Source: Tetramitus jugosus
Taxonomy: Eukaryota; Protista; Heterolobosea
Assembly: GCA_937625935.1 (NCBI GenBank)
Contig: OW569352.1
Span: forward strand, 186,001-250,000
Direction: 5' to 3'
DNA length: 64,000 nt
The notes below the pieces were generated by a model. It worked only from the letters and a program-made list of their open reading frames with translations, ran no database searches and was not told the origin of the DNA. This document shows, one piece after another, positions 1 through 11,024 of the stretch (its first letter is position 1; each line of letters begins with the position of its first letter). Both the position numbers and the translations under genes were made by a program.

Positions 1-2268
1 CAAGACAATAACAACGACAATGATATTCTTGAGATTCCAACACTTATTCCACTGCACGAGAATGTTCAAGAGCAAAACGAAGAAGAACTAGTCGATTATT
101 CTAGTGAAGACAGTGATGATGTGATTGAGAGATTGATGCAACCTGTGATTGAGCATCAACAACCTCTGCATCAACCAGATGATCACCAACACGTGAATGC
201 AGATCAACAAAACAATAATGATCACAACAATGAGAATGAAGAGCTGTTGGGTGACAATGCAAGGCCGATTCAAATCGTTTTCCAGGACGAGAATGAAGAT
301 GAAGCTGTTGATCTTGAAGAATTTATTGGACTGAAGGGAAGTTATCGTGCATTGCTACAGAATTGCTTGATTATTGTGCTGATGAACACATTGTATCTGT
401 TTGCACTGGTGTTTGTTCCGTTTACATTTGGTCGATTTGCACTGTCAATGCGAACACAGTTTCTACTCAAAACGAATGAAGAGTTTGAAGGTGTGGACAT
501 TTTTTCTAAATTGAGTGTGACGGCTGTGGGTTACTTGTGCATCCTTATCATTGGATTTGTTCTCTTTGTATGTATTGACATTTGTCTTTTATCGATAATT
601 GTACAATATTGAACGAGTGTGCTCACACAACTACTTTCACAACAGGTCATACTCCTTATTTTGCAACGCTTACTGTACAGTAACTCGAGCATTTCAGCAA
701 GTGCCATTGGTAACAAAACTCTGCAAGTGTGGCTATACATTCAAACGATATTGAAAGTCACATTCGTGAGTACATTTAACTTTGGTATCTCACCAGTGTG
801 CTGTGGAACAGTGTTGAATCTAGCGACTGCCGACTTTTTTGGATCAACTATGAGTGCTCGCATTAGCACAATGATGAATGACAAAATTTCGTTCCTGTTG
901 ATCCACTGGTTCTTGGGATTGTGTTTCTTGTTCAATTTGAGCTCTGCCATTAGATTACTCAGGAGGATCTTGCGAAAGAAGGTTCTATGGTTTTTGAACG
1001 ATCCAGATGATCCAAACTTCTCCTTTATCAGGGAGGCAGTCAATGTTCGATTCTTCACTGCGGTAAGACGTATTGCAGTTACTTTGAGCATGTTTGTGTT
1101 CTTGATTCTGGCTCTTGTGAGAGCACCTTTGAAGTTGTGCAAGAGCATTAGTGGCGATACATTCCCCTTAGCTCTAAAGTTCTCTCATCCGTTCCTTCAA
1201 ATTGGTGTCGATATTGTCATGTATTCCATTTTGACCCAGATAGGATTCGAGAATATCAGACCCCAGCTACAGGTTAAGACATTTGCCGAACAGTGGATAA
1301 AAACAGTGAGCACAGCCTTGGATCTCAATGATTACTTGTTCCCACATCCTGTGGATGAGAATGCTCAGATTGCACTTGAAGACGAGGAAGAAGACACGAT
1401 TTATAAGCCTCCAATGTTTGCACTCAGAATGGCTCTATTGTTAATGTTAGCCTGGTCCACATGTACTCTTAGTATTGGTGGTTTTATTTTGATTCCTCTA
1501 TTGGTAGGAAGAGGAGTACTGTGGATGTCACCTCATTTTATCTCATCCTATTTCTTCCGAACCAATGATTTGTACACTCACTTGATTGGCTCATATCTAA
1601 TGGGTGCAAGTATGATCGCAATCACATTTCTCATTCAACAAGTCCAACAACGCCAAGTGATGAACGTATTGACAACTGTTGCAAACTATATTACTCTGGG
1701 GATCAAGTGTTTTATTTTGGGAGCATTATGGTTCACAGTTATTCCTGTTCTTCTGGGACTTGCCTTTGAAATATCAATCGTCATCCCCGTTTTGATGAGT
1801 GACAAGACTGCGCTCATGCCATTGAGTGAGCTCTGGGCCTTTGGAGTATTCTTGTCTGGCATTTGTGTCCGATTTACCTATCTGTTGAAGAATGTTCAGG
1901 CTTTGGATTCGTGGAGACTTGAATTCGATAGAGTCGCTGCCAACGGAGCACAACAACTGGAAGCAACGAGAGTGTTTATGAACATCATCTTCCCAATCAT
2001 CTTTTGGTTGAGTGTGTTCATCAGTGTGCCATATCTTTTCGCAAAGCTATTGGCTCCATTCATTGTCTCCACTCGGCTCGTCCAGCATAGGGTACAAATC
2101 TACTCATATCCAATCATTGTCCTCATGTTCCTCTGCTACTTTTTACTGCTGTTGATCAAGATGTGCTGGAACAAGTTGCATGAAAACATTCGCGACCGAA
2201 GATACCTGATTCGAAGAAGTGTCGTTAATCTAGAAAATCTTCGAGCCGAACAAGAAATGATAAGATAA
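1..2268 (+). CDS. MARCH6: MARCH6/Doa10/SUD1-like multi-pass ER E3 ubiquitin ligase, 5'-truncated by the window edge; exons <1-567, 646-2268
   Basis: Frame 1 is open from base 1. Phase-0 intron 568-645 (GTATGT...AACAG) joins the two ORFs. TEB4/Doa10-type motifs LEEFIGLKG, VLWFLNDPDDPNF and C-terminal LHENIRDRRYL; many TM segments. The RING-CH domain would lie upstream of the window. Confidence 0.85.
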
Positions 2269-2313
2269 ATCATAAGGAGGAACATCTCTGTGATCATTGT
2301 AATTTGTCATTTA

Positions 2314-3222
2314 TTATTTGGCTTGCACGAGCAAATCCTTTAGCGTTTTCACACCTTGTTCCTTATTCTTGCCAAAAGAGGACGATGAATTCGTATCGGT
2401 TGTTATACCCTTCAACAACAACTCTGCCTCCGAAACACACAATTGACTCACCTCTGATGCAATTGCACACATTTGACGCAATTGATGCTTGTCCTTTGCA
2501 GCACCCTTGGCTGCACCACCACTCGCGCTATCAACACCAGCACCAGACAACGACTCACCAGACGACATTTTCTTCACCAATTCAGACTCTTCTCTCCTCA
2601 TGTGTCTAATGAGCTTTGGTTCTTGAAAAGTGAGATGGTGCATCTGATGAACAGCTCCACTCAAATCAACCAACATTTTTGAAATGTCCAACTTTGCAAA
2701 TGATTTGTAGTATTGAAGAGCATCTTGCTGTTCCAATGTCGTCGTAGGCTTCGTAGATTCGAGTCTAACGTCCAACCTTGACTTTTCTCTCGTTTTTGTC
2801 TCAAACAAGTGATCCAACAGTGCAATCATATAATTCACGTGCTTGTCCACATCATTGACCACATGTTTTGCATCTACTGCAGAGTCTTCATGATGAACAG
2901 AATCAGCTTCAGTAGTCGTAGTCGACGAAGCAGTTTTTTGATGAGTGGATTTCAGTGCAAGTGTCGTGTGAAGTTCATTGGCAGAGCTTCCATTGGACAA
3001 CAATGTGGGCACGATGCGAGAAGAAGTGTACAATTCATCATTGAACTCGAAAATGGAGTCCAGCTGAGATTTGGTCTTGAAATTGGCGCTCTTTTTCCAC
3101 TGTCGGAATAATTGATTGTGGGCAGAGTCTATTTTTGGTTTTTTGTTGTCTTGATGATCCTTGTCGTCACTATTGTTTGTACCATTATTGGTCTTGTTGT
3201 TATTCAAACGTTTGCGTTTCAT
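2314..3222 (-). CDS. Hypothetical protein (302 aa) with basic NLS-like N-terminus
   Basis: ATG-initiated ORF filling the space between neighbouring genes; MKRKRL...KKPK; no family recognised. Confidence 0.65.
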   Translation of the reverse strand: MKRKRLNNNKTNNGTNNSDDKDHQDNKKPKIDSAHNQLFRQWKKSANFKTKSQLDSIFEFNDELYTSSRIVPTLLSNGSSANELHTTLALKSTHQKTASSTTTTEADSVHHEDSAVDAKHVVNDVDKHVNYMIALLDHLFETKTREKSRLDVRLESTKPTTTLEQQDALQYYKSFAKLDISKMLVDLSGAVHQMHHLTFQEPKLIRHMRREESELVKKMSSGESLSGAGVDSASGGAAKGAAKDKHQLRQMCAIASEVSQLCVSEAELLLKGITTDTNSSSSFGKNKEQGVKTLKDLLVQAK

Positions 3223-3490
3223 TTTGAATTACTATGTTATTCACTGAATAATTGTATTTGCTGTTGTTGGTTGTTTGTGTGGAAATGCTGAATTTTTTCC
3301 TGTCGGCGAAATAATCAACGCACAAACACATTGAATGTTCATTCAACAACATGCCTGACACTTGATGTATTTGTCAAGTCATATGAAAGCACGCACGAAA
3401 CAAACAGAACAGGCACGGACAGCTGATCATCGAGCACACTAAAAATATCCAAAGAAAGTTTGGTGTCCCGAGAGATTTCACTCCTTCCCC

Positions 3491-5032
3491 ATGCCCTGGT
3501 TCAACTGTTGCGGCCTTTGTGACACCCGTCACAAACCAAAAAACAAGAAACTAAAGAACAGCACAAAGCACATGACACAGAACTCAAATCCGCAGTTGAA
3601 CTTGCCCTTGTTAGCGACTTCACCTTCTGAAGAGGAAGAAGTGAGCAAAAGCAACGTTGACTGGTACGATTTTCAGGACTTGCAACAGTTGCAAAGTGCA
3701 ATTGCAACGTATCGGTCAACAAGGAAGCACACCATTGTGCACAGAGGCACGACTCACGTAGCACCAACTCTGCTGCCGTCAGATCATCAGAGTAGGATGT
3801 CTTCACACAACAAGGATAACTGCGACAGCGATGGTGCCGAGAGTGCGCAAGATGAAGCTAACAATAGCGAGAAAGTACTCCTTGTTAGTGGAAGTTGTTG
3901 TAGTAGCAACATTACAGAACAACAATATAGAAATCATGTAATGACAGAGTTCTTAACAAGTGAAGAGAGCTATATTCATCAATTGGATGTGTTGAATGAT
4001 GAATTCATAGAGCCAATTGTTCAACAGGGAATTTTAACGCCCAAAGTTGCAGAGCTCATGTTCCCAGTCGATATACAAATCATACGAAAAGTGAACAAGA
4101 ACTTTTACTCTCACTTGCGTCAGATTGTGTTCAGTTCAAATCGCAATAGTCGTCGTCTCGCAGAGACTGATTATCAGGTTACCCTTCGATTGGACACTAC
4201 GAAACCTAAGACAATGCAATTGGCACAATTGTTCCTATATTTTGCTCAAGGATTTAGGCTTTACATTGGTTATATTACCAAATACAGTACGATAACAAAG
4301 GTATTACGCGAGGAAGTGAAGCGGCCCAATGTCAAGCTGAATGAGTTCTTGAAGGACCGACGCAGTCGGTTGAAAACTAGAGGAGAAAAGGTAGTTAATA
4401 TAACTGATTATTTGATTGTGATGATACAGCGTTTGCCTCGCTATCGGTTGTTGATGGAGGACTTGAGAAAACACACAGACCCAAACGATGAATCTTATTC
4501 TACGATAATTGAGGCATGCAAAGTTGTGGCCTCCATTGCAAAGTTTTGTAATGATAAGGAACGCGAATTCAAAATCAATAGTGTAACAGCAGATCTACAA
4601 CTCTCTCTACGGATGAAACTCCCGAACGGAACTATGCAAGACTTTATTCAACCATCTAGGCAACTTATCGAACAGCATACGAACGATCAGACTGCGATGC
4701 AATTGGTGATGCGAGACGGAAGATACGGTCCATGTGATTTGTACATATTTTCAGACTCGATTGCTGTGAAGAAAAGATATGGTGTGAATCAAAACAAAAC
4801 ATATGTGTTGTATTTGCGAGTGAATTGTGATACACCATTTGGACAAGTATCAGAAGTCAGTGTAAATGTTGAGTGGTTGTTGGAGACTGATGGAAGGGCA
4901 CTGAGTATCGCCACGACCTATCAAAAGGACAATGAGAAAGTCACAAAGAAGTTTGCGTTCGTGTGTGGTTCAACAGATACTTGTTCTCAGGTCATTAATA
5001 CTGTCAACCGGATTCTGGCATCAAAAATGTAA
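3491..5032 (+). CDS. RhoGEF (DH-PH domain) protein
   Basis: DH motifs EFLTSEESYIHQL and YLIVMIQRLPRYRLLMEDLRKHT, followed by PH-like LYIFSDSIAV; Cys-rich N-terminus MPWFNCCGLC. Confidence 0.9.
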   Translation: MPWFNCCGLCDTRHKPKNKKLKNSTKHMTQNSNPQLNLPLLATSPSEEEEVSKSNVDWYDFQDLQQLQSAIATYRSTRKHTIVHRGTTHVAPTLLPSDHQSRMSSHNKDNCDSDGAESAQDEANNSEKVLLVSGSCCSSNITEQQYRNHVMTEFLTSEESYIHQLDVLNDEFIEPIVQQGILTPKVAELMFPVDIQIIRKVNKNFYSHLRQIVFSSNRNSRRLAETDYQVTLRLDTTKPKTMQLAQLFLYFAQGFRLYIGYITKYSTITKVLREEVKRPNVKLNEFLKDRRSRLKTRGEKVVNITDYLIVMIQRLPRYRLLMEDLRKHTDPNDESYSTIIEACKVVASIAKFCNDKEREFKINSVTADLQLSLRMKLPNGTMQDFIQPSRQLIEQHTNDQTAMQLVMRDGRYGPCDLYIFSDSIAVKKRYGVNQNKTYVLYLRVNCDTPFGQVSEVSVNVEWLLETDGRALSIATTYQKDNEKVTKKFAFVCGSTDTCSQVINTVNRILASKM

Positions 5033-5116
5033 CATTCCTTTCAAACAATTCTCTGTTAGGTCGATCATTGTTGTAAATAAATATTGGATTTTACAAATGC
5101 AAGTTTGGCCGGTTAT

Positions 5117-6694
5117 TTACTCTGCGGTCGTCAGGACTGTTTGCGTTTCAATACCATTCGAGTCCCAAATCAAATAATGGTTGTTGTGGTACCAACTTGG
5201 CGCACATATTACCATCACACCGTCGACTTCATCATAACGCCCTCTCCAATCTCTCCTACTATCTCCAACGATAATTACCTTTTGTCTTTCATTCCGGGAA
5301 CCTTCGTCCAAGAAGGAGACAAGAGATAGGTCAGAGTCTAACTTCCAATATACTGGCTGCACCGTGAGTTCAAATGGTGTTAAATGTCTTTGTCGAATAA
5401 CGGTTCTCCATGCACGAACCCATTCATCATCTTTTTGAATGTTAGTGTGATCCGCAAAACGGAACAGGTTATTTCGAAGGAAACGAGATCCTAGTTCTAA
5501 ATCGGCACAGACTCTGACATCCACTTTATCCCACCAGGAGCCAACACATGGATCACTACAAAACTTGACATGCTTCATTTGTGAAAATAGATCCGTTATT
5601 TGAGTGCTGAGCTCAGCTCGTGGAAGCATTCCATTGAACCCTCCAGGGCATAAATCCCGCAAACCAGACACAAATCTGAACTTCAAATTAGAGAAATGGT
5701 TCAGTAGAGGAACTAGTTCAACAAAGAATCCCTTGTACAGTGCCATATTGGAGTGATTGTTCGATTTGAATTCAGGTGACACAAAACTGCCCAGTATTAG
5801 CACCAATGTATCAGGCTTTGAATCTCTATTGGTCAAGAAATCAAACAATGTATATAACCGTTCAAGTACTCCAACCTGATCAAAGAACAAATCCTTAATA
5901 ATTACAACACGACTCGAATCATTTGGCAAGTGCTGAACATCAAATGGTACATCCCGAGGAAGAATTGGCGGCAAAATCATTGCACTCACATCAACTGCTT
6001 GTGTAACTTGATTGAATTCTCCATTGACAATGACAGACATTCCAGCACAGAATATACCCTCACCAATCTTCTCACACTTGTCCAGATTGAGCCGTATCAC
6101 ACCAGTTGTATCCTCCAAGTACAAGCTTCTGTCATGAATCTTCTGAGTGATTGTTCCAAAAAGAGAATGTGTTCCACGAGAACTAATCAATGCATTAATC
6201 GGAATCATTTGTAAAGAACTCAACAAGTTACTGCTCTGACACAGTTGATGAATGATTCTCGTGCGTTGCAACTGTAAATTGACCAAATCAACACCGTTTG
6301 CAAACTTTGCACCTTGAATATCAATGGATTTCACATCAAAAGGCCCACTAAATCTCTCTGTTCTCGATTGAGATGTCCCTGAGCTCTGTTTCGTGTTCGT
6401 TCCTTGTTGCGCTGTTGCACTCGAGGCATTGTTGCTATTGCTCAAGGCAAAGAAGAATGCATCAACATGGGCAGTGTTAATGGTCGTTTCAGTCGGATTC
6501 GTAGCCAACTGTTTCTTGATAAACTTCTCCAGAGTGTCCTCGAATGAAATGTAATTGCCCGTGGAAGCACCATTTTCAGTAGTTGTGTAGACTTTTGTGA
6601 GAAAATGATCGAGAGCACTAGGCTGAATGACCATACGGTACTGCTTTAGCTTTTGAACCACACGTTTCTTGTCTCTCGCACTGTTTAACAACAT
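5117..6694 (-). CDS. POLE2: DNA polymerase epsilon subunit B (DPB2/POLE2)
   Basis: LYLEDTTGVIRLNL, GIFCAGMSVIVNG, LVLILGSF, LPRAEL, RTVIRQRHLTP...QPVYWKLDSDL match the B-subunit OB plus inactive phosphoesterase core. First ATG at 6694; the track's upstream extension overlaps VAMP7. Confidence 0.88.
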   Translation of the reverse strand: MLLNSARDKKRVVQKLKQYRMVIQPSALDHFLTKVYTTTENGASTGNYISFEDTLEKFIKKQLATNPTETTINTAHVDAFFFALSNSNNASSATAQQGTNTKQSSGTSQSRTERFSGPFDVKSIDIQGAKFANGVDLVNLQLQRTRIIHQLCQSSNLLSSLQMIPINALISSRGTHSLFGTITQKIHDRSLYLEDTTGVIRLNLDKCEKIGEGIFCAGMSVIVNGEFNQVTQAVDVSAMILPPILPRDVPFDVQHLPNDSSRVVIIKDLFFDQVGVLERLYTLFDFLTNRDSKPDTLVLILGSFVSPEFKSNNHSNMALYKGFFVELVPLLNHFSNLKFRFVSGLRDLCPGGFNGMLPRAELSTQITDLFSQMKHVKFCSDPCVGSWWDKVDVRVCADLELGSRFLRNNLFRFADHTNIQKDDEWVRAWRTVIRQRHLTPFELTVQPVYWKLDSDLSLVSFLDEGSRNERQKVIIVGDSRRDWRGRYDEVDGVMVICAPSWYHNNHYLIWDSNGIETQTVLTTAE

Positions 6695-6798
6695 GATGTC
6701 AACGTTTTGCCACTTTTTTTCTTTCTTGTTCAAGAACTGAAACGAACAAAAAATGGCGCCAATAAAAAAAGCGCGTAAAAACAGTAGTAAATGATCCT

Positions 6799-7455
6799 TT
6801 ACTTCTTGGTGGCGACACAACGATGGAAGGTTGGGAAACCACAAGCAAACAAAATGATGACTAGCAAGACAATCAATACTACAACAACAATCGCAGCAAT
6901 AATCATCATATGTCTCATAATCATTCTATTCTTCACTGCTCTGGACTTTCTTCTATAGTCGCTGGCATCTTGAGCCAATTGATCTGTTTTTGATACCAAA
7001 TCTTCCAATTTCTCACCTCTCTCCAATAGCTTATCAATATTATCAATCATAACATCCTTGACCTCATCCACTCTTCTCTTCAACTCTCTTAGCTTGTCAT
7101 TGGCTGGGTCATTGAACCGATTGAGCTCAGAGTCCAAAAAAGTAGACAAATTCTTTGTTCCTCTCTCGAGAACATAGTTCTCAATGCTATCAATCAGAGC
7201 CCAGACCAACCGCTTGCCAGCATCACTCTTTGCAATGATCAAGTAAATGTGGTCACCTGATACCTTGTAGTGGAACTCAATATCTTTTTGAGTCAAAATA
7301 CGCTTGTGGTTCTCTTCTGCGACCTTTGAAAGAATTCTTTGCTTCACGAAATCAACATATTGATCAAGGGAGGAAGAGGAGTGTGGAGCTGGACTCTGCC
7401 CAACAATTTCGCGGTCATAATCCATGTGAGCCACAAGGGCAACTAAAAAACTCAT
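6799..7455 (-). CDS. VAMP7: Longin R-SNARE (VAMP7-like)
   Basis: Longin-like N-terminus, synaptobrevin motif VKDVMIDNIDKLLERGEKLEDLVSKT, C-terminal TM. Probable start MSFLV at 7455. Confidence 0.88.
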   Translation of the reverse strand: MSFLVALVAHMDYDREIVGQSPAPHSSSSLDQYVDFVKQRILSKVAEENHKRILTQKDIEFHYKVSGDHIYLIIAKSDAGKRLVWALIDSIENYVLERGTKNLSTFLDSELNRFNDPANDKLRELKRRVDEVKDVMIDNIDKLLERGEKLEDLVSKTDQLAQDASDYRRKSRAVKNRMIMRHMMIIAAIVVVVLIVLLVIILFACGFPTFHRCVATKK

Positions 7456-7615
7456 TGTTGGTTTGCTGCGATATTCTTCTCGGTTTTGGTTCTTGTTCTT
7501 GTTCCTTCGATCTCCATGATGGAGAAGCGGAGAAAGTTGGAGTATCTCGGAGTAAATTGGACAAGATGTATTCGAAGGCATTACACTTTACAATACCTCA
7601 ACGAGCAAATATTTA

Positions 7616-8935
7616 TTACAATCTCTCTGCAAAAATGGCATTCATGTCGAACTTGACATAAGAACGATCGAATGCATTGTCTGGTCCTTGTTCACCTTCA
7701 GCCTTGGCATTGGCAACGTAGACGAAATTGTTCTTGAAGTCAAACACGGCGACTTGCATGTCTCCTGTCTTAGAAGCAGCAACAATCTGTCTTGTGTTCT
7801 CGGCATTGAGCTTTCCGTAGTATTGTCGGAGCATGGATCCAAAGCATGGATCGCTAGATGGCTGAACATGCTTATCCCAATAGACAACGTTACGCAATTG
7901 AGGATGAGCATCAGAAGAAGGTTGAGTCATCCAATCATAAACATTGAGATACTTGTGAGAATATTCAACACCTCTGAACTCTCCAGTCTTGCTGTCACCA
8001 ACACCAACGTGAATAGAACATGTTCTCTTGGCATTGATCAAAATGTTCAATGCAGCATCCAAATCAGTTGCATACTGAAGGACATCTCTCAACACATAGG
8101 TCCACGGCATGCCGAATCTAGAATCCTGAGTATCAGGATGACCCAACCACACCTTCTCAGAAATACCAATGCTATTGGCACTGTATCCAGTAATCACACC
8201 AATCAATCCAGGGTAACCAATATTGGAGAAGGCTTGTGTGCCGTCATTAGGATGATACACAACCATAGATGGCCACTTTTTAATAGGTGCATGACTATCC
8301 CAATCCAATGCTCTCAATTGCATGAGACCTCCTTGTTCAGTGGAAGAATTCCAAGCACCGTACATGGAGCAGCCTGCCTTGATCAACTCTGGCAACAAGT
8401 TCAATCGTCTAAACAACTTGACATCCAATCCACTACCATCAGCCAATCCTTGCAATTCTTGCTCATAACGATCAGGTGTATACTTCTTTGTAATATAGTA
8501 ATTCAAATCGAGAGCTGCATTCAATCCAAATTCAGCAATCAACTTTGCAAAATACTCTGGAATACGCTTCAAGTACTCTGCAATCATGTTGTCAAGGTAT
8601 GTAAAGTAAAGAGGAATCATAATATTCAATTCTTCCTTCATCAACTCACCCACTGCCTTACCCCAGTCATAAGGAGCACCGTAGACATGAAGGAGATGAA
8701 TGTGATCGTCACCCTTACCACCGGCGATGTATCTTCTGCCATTGGTTGTGTTCTTGATAAAGATGGGAGCAACATCAATGATTGGATTCGTGTTGGGACT
8801 ACCCTTGCAGTTATATTCATTGTCCTTTCGGACATAAAACTGTTTGGTTGGACGAGCGCTTTGGGCGTGGTTGGCCAGGAGGAAAATACTGGCCACCAAC
8901 AAAACGAACAATGTTGTCAATCGTAGTGACTTCAT
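7616..8935 (-). CDS. Secreted Ntn-hydrolase, acid ceramidase-like / peptidase C45 family (Dictyostelium dcd1-like)
   Basis: Signal peptide; ELQGLADGSG; putative autocleavage site with Cys nucleophile in IKAG/CSMYGAW; LRALDW. Confidence 0.8.
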   Translation of the reverse strand: MKSLRLTTLFVLLVASIFLLANHAQSARPTKQFYVRKDNEYNCKGSPNTNPIIDVAPIFIKNTTNGRRYIAGGKGDDHIHLLHVYGAPYDWGKAVGELMKEELNIMIPLYFTYLDNMIAEYLKRIPEYFAKLIAEFGLNAALDLNYYITKKYTPDRYEQELQGLADGSGLDVKLFRRLNLLPELIKAGCSMYGAWNSSTEQGGLMQLRALDWDSHAPIKKWPSMVVYHPNDGTQAFSNIGYPGLIGVITGYSANSIGISEKVWLGHPDTQDSRFGMPWTYVLRDVLQYATDLDAALNILINAKRTCSIHVGVGDSKTGEFRGVEYSHKYLNVYDWMTQPSSDAHPQLRNVVYWDKHVQPSSDPCFGSMLRQYYGKLNAENTRQIVAASKTGDMQVAVFDFKNNFVYVANAKAEGEQGPDNAFDRSYVKFDMNAIFAERL

Positions 8936-9164
8936 GTTAGATTATGATGAGGATAAATAAGTGCGTGTTGGATTGTGTGTTGTTTTTTGGGGATATCGCA
9001 CAAAACGAATGAACTGGACGGTTTCTGCGAAAGGCCGACAGAAGAAGGGATTAATGTTCACAATGTTCACCCCCAAAAAAATACCTGCACGTTCGGAGAT
9101 CTGTGCTTCAAAATGAGCAAAAATCTCATTCCCCAGTTCAACAAAGAAGAAGAATACAATCATC

Positions 9165-9635
9165 ATGAATAAGTTTTTGTCTATTGTTCGGATCAAGAGA
9201 GCAATTATCGTGCGTCACGGTCAATTGACATTTTCAACGCACGCCGCATTCCGCGGGGAAGTGGCGAAAGGCAGGCTTGAACACCACATGTCATTGAACG
9301 ATGAGTTGAACTCAACACATATTGAACCCGTAGATCTAAACATTGACTCCAATGAGTCAGAGGAAGGAAGTGCATCTTCTACAGTTGAAAATTTTGAAAT
9401 TGATCCTTTGGCTGGTAGAGTCGCTGTGGCACTGGAGGACTCTGGCACAATGAATGTTGAATTGGAGCCAGCAGTGGAGAGCCATATCAAGGGACTTTAC
9501 TCACCCAATGAAAACCAAAGAACGAACAAGTATCTTGACCCCACACTGCTCCGACAAGTAGAGGAAGACTCCTTTCACACTCACCAATCCGTGAGACCGA
9601 ATGCCTATCCAACGGACAACCAGAAAATTCCATAA
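9165..9635 (+). CDS. Hypothetical protein (156 aa), possible mitochondrial presequence
   Basis: ATG ORF; Arg-rich, acid-free N-terminus followed by an acidic body. Confidence 0.55.
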   Translation: MNKFLSIVRIKRAIIVRHGQLTFSTHAAFRGEVAKGRLEHHMSLNDELNSTHIEPVDLNIDSNESEEGSASSTVENFEIDPLAGRVAVALEDSGTMNVELEPAVESHIKGLYSPNENQRTNKYLDPTLLRQVEEDSFHTHQSVRPNAYPTDNQKIP

Positions 9636-9769
9636 TGTAGTAGTAACAATCTCCATTTGATTCTCGTGTTCTTATGGCCATACCATCAGTAAAGTAAATA
9701 ATTATTGTATCCATGTTATCCTCTTTTTGTTGGAGTTGAGAGTGGAGGTTGTGGCTATTGTGAATGTTT

Positions 9770-10591
9770 TTAATCCTCCAATGTTGCCAAGAATCGAGAA
9801 CAAATGTACAGGACACAACCACCTACTACATTGGCAACCAGTGTTCCCTCCTTACCAGAGTAACGCAATGCGTTGGGGATGAGTTCCTTCATGCAAACAT
9901 AGGTCATCACACCAGCCACAGCAGCCAACATAAATGACACTGCATACGCATCCATGAAATGATGAAAAACGAGACCAAATGCCAGAGCACCAATCGGTTC
10001 ACACAAACCACTCAAGGCACTCCACTTCATTGCTGTCCATTTGCTGTTTGTTGCTGCATAGATGGGCGCAGCAACTGCCATACCTTCTGGAAAGTTATGC
10101 AATCCGATCGCCACTGCAATCGTCACGCCCATTCTCCATCCGTTCATTGTTGATAGAAACACAGCCATTCCCTCTGGGAAATTATGAACTGAGATACCAA
10201 TCACAACAATGAACCCAGTGACCAACAACTTGGTATCGACGGCACGTGACTCACCCTTTCCACCATCTATGCCACTCACAGGCAACACAACAAACGAAGA
10301 AGCATCCGGTTCAGGAATAAACTTTACAATCAAGTGCATGACGATACATCCAATCAGAAAAGCAAGCAACAAAACACGAAATCCACCCAACACATGATAT
10401 GACTCTGGTAACAAATCGAAGCAACTGACATAGAGCATGACACCACTGGCGAAACCGAGCATAAGACCAGTTGTTTTATGACTAGGTTGTCCAAAACAGA
10501 TCACAAACAAGCCTCCAATACTAGTCGCCAATCCACTGATAAAGCTCAAGGCCAATGCGCTTTGATATTGGTCATTTGTAAAGAATTCCAT
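9770..10591 (-). CDS. ZIP-family metal transporter (ZupT/GufA/ZTP29 subgroup)
   Basis: Two HNFPEGMAV motifs, GFASGVML, SGLCEPIGAL, AAVAGVMTYV..ELIP; about 8 TM segments. Confidence 0.93.
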   Translation of the reverse strand: MEFFTNDQYQSALALSFISGLATSIGGLFVICFGQPSHKTTGLMLGFASGVMLYVSCFDLLPESYHVLGGFRVLLLAFLIGCIVMHLIVKFIPEPDASSFVVLPVSGIDGGKGESRAVDTKLLVTGFIVVIGISVHNFPEGMAVFLSTMNGWRMGVTIAVAIGLHNFPEGMAVAAPIYAATNSKWTAMKWSALSGLCEPIGALAFGLVFHHFMDAYAVSFMLAAVAGVMTYVCMKELIPNALRYSGKEGTLVANVVGGCVLYICSRFLATLED

Positions 10592-11024
10592 GACGTCGTC
10601 TCAATGTTTTGTGATGGTTTTATTTTTGCGCTCCAAAGATTGATCGGTATTTTGTTACAACGGATATCGCATATGGGATGTCATGATTTTGAGCATGGTA
10701 GCCAGCTGATCCTGAGCTCTGGTAAACTATTCTTCACATGGTAAGAAAGTGCTAGTTCGTGTCGAGTTGGTTTCGTGGCTCCCTCTGCCCACGGGCAATC
10801 GCAATGTCCGTGTTGATAGTTGGATCAATGAACACGATGAAGCATCCTCAGATTTCACACACCAACCAACACATGTTGCGGGACACTCCTCATCACAACT
10901 CTGGAGGAGAAAAGAGCGGACATGACGAACCTCACCAACTGAGAGCTTTTAAATCTCCACACCAAGCGCCAATTTTTTTACACACAAACCAAACAAAAGC
11001 TTTTAACAACAACAACAAACAGCA

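Noticed and set aside
7688-8926. 412-aa antisense ORF over the Ntn-hydrolase
   Set aside because: Non-ATG start, mirrors the real gene codon for codon and has no motifs; explained by the codon bias of the sense gene.
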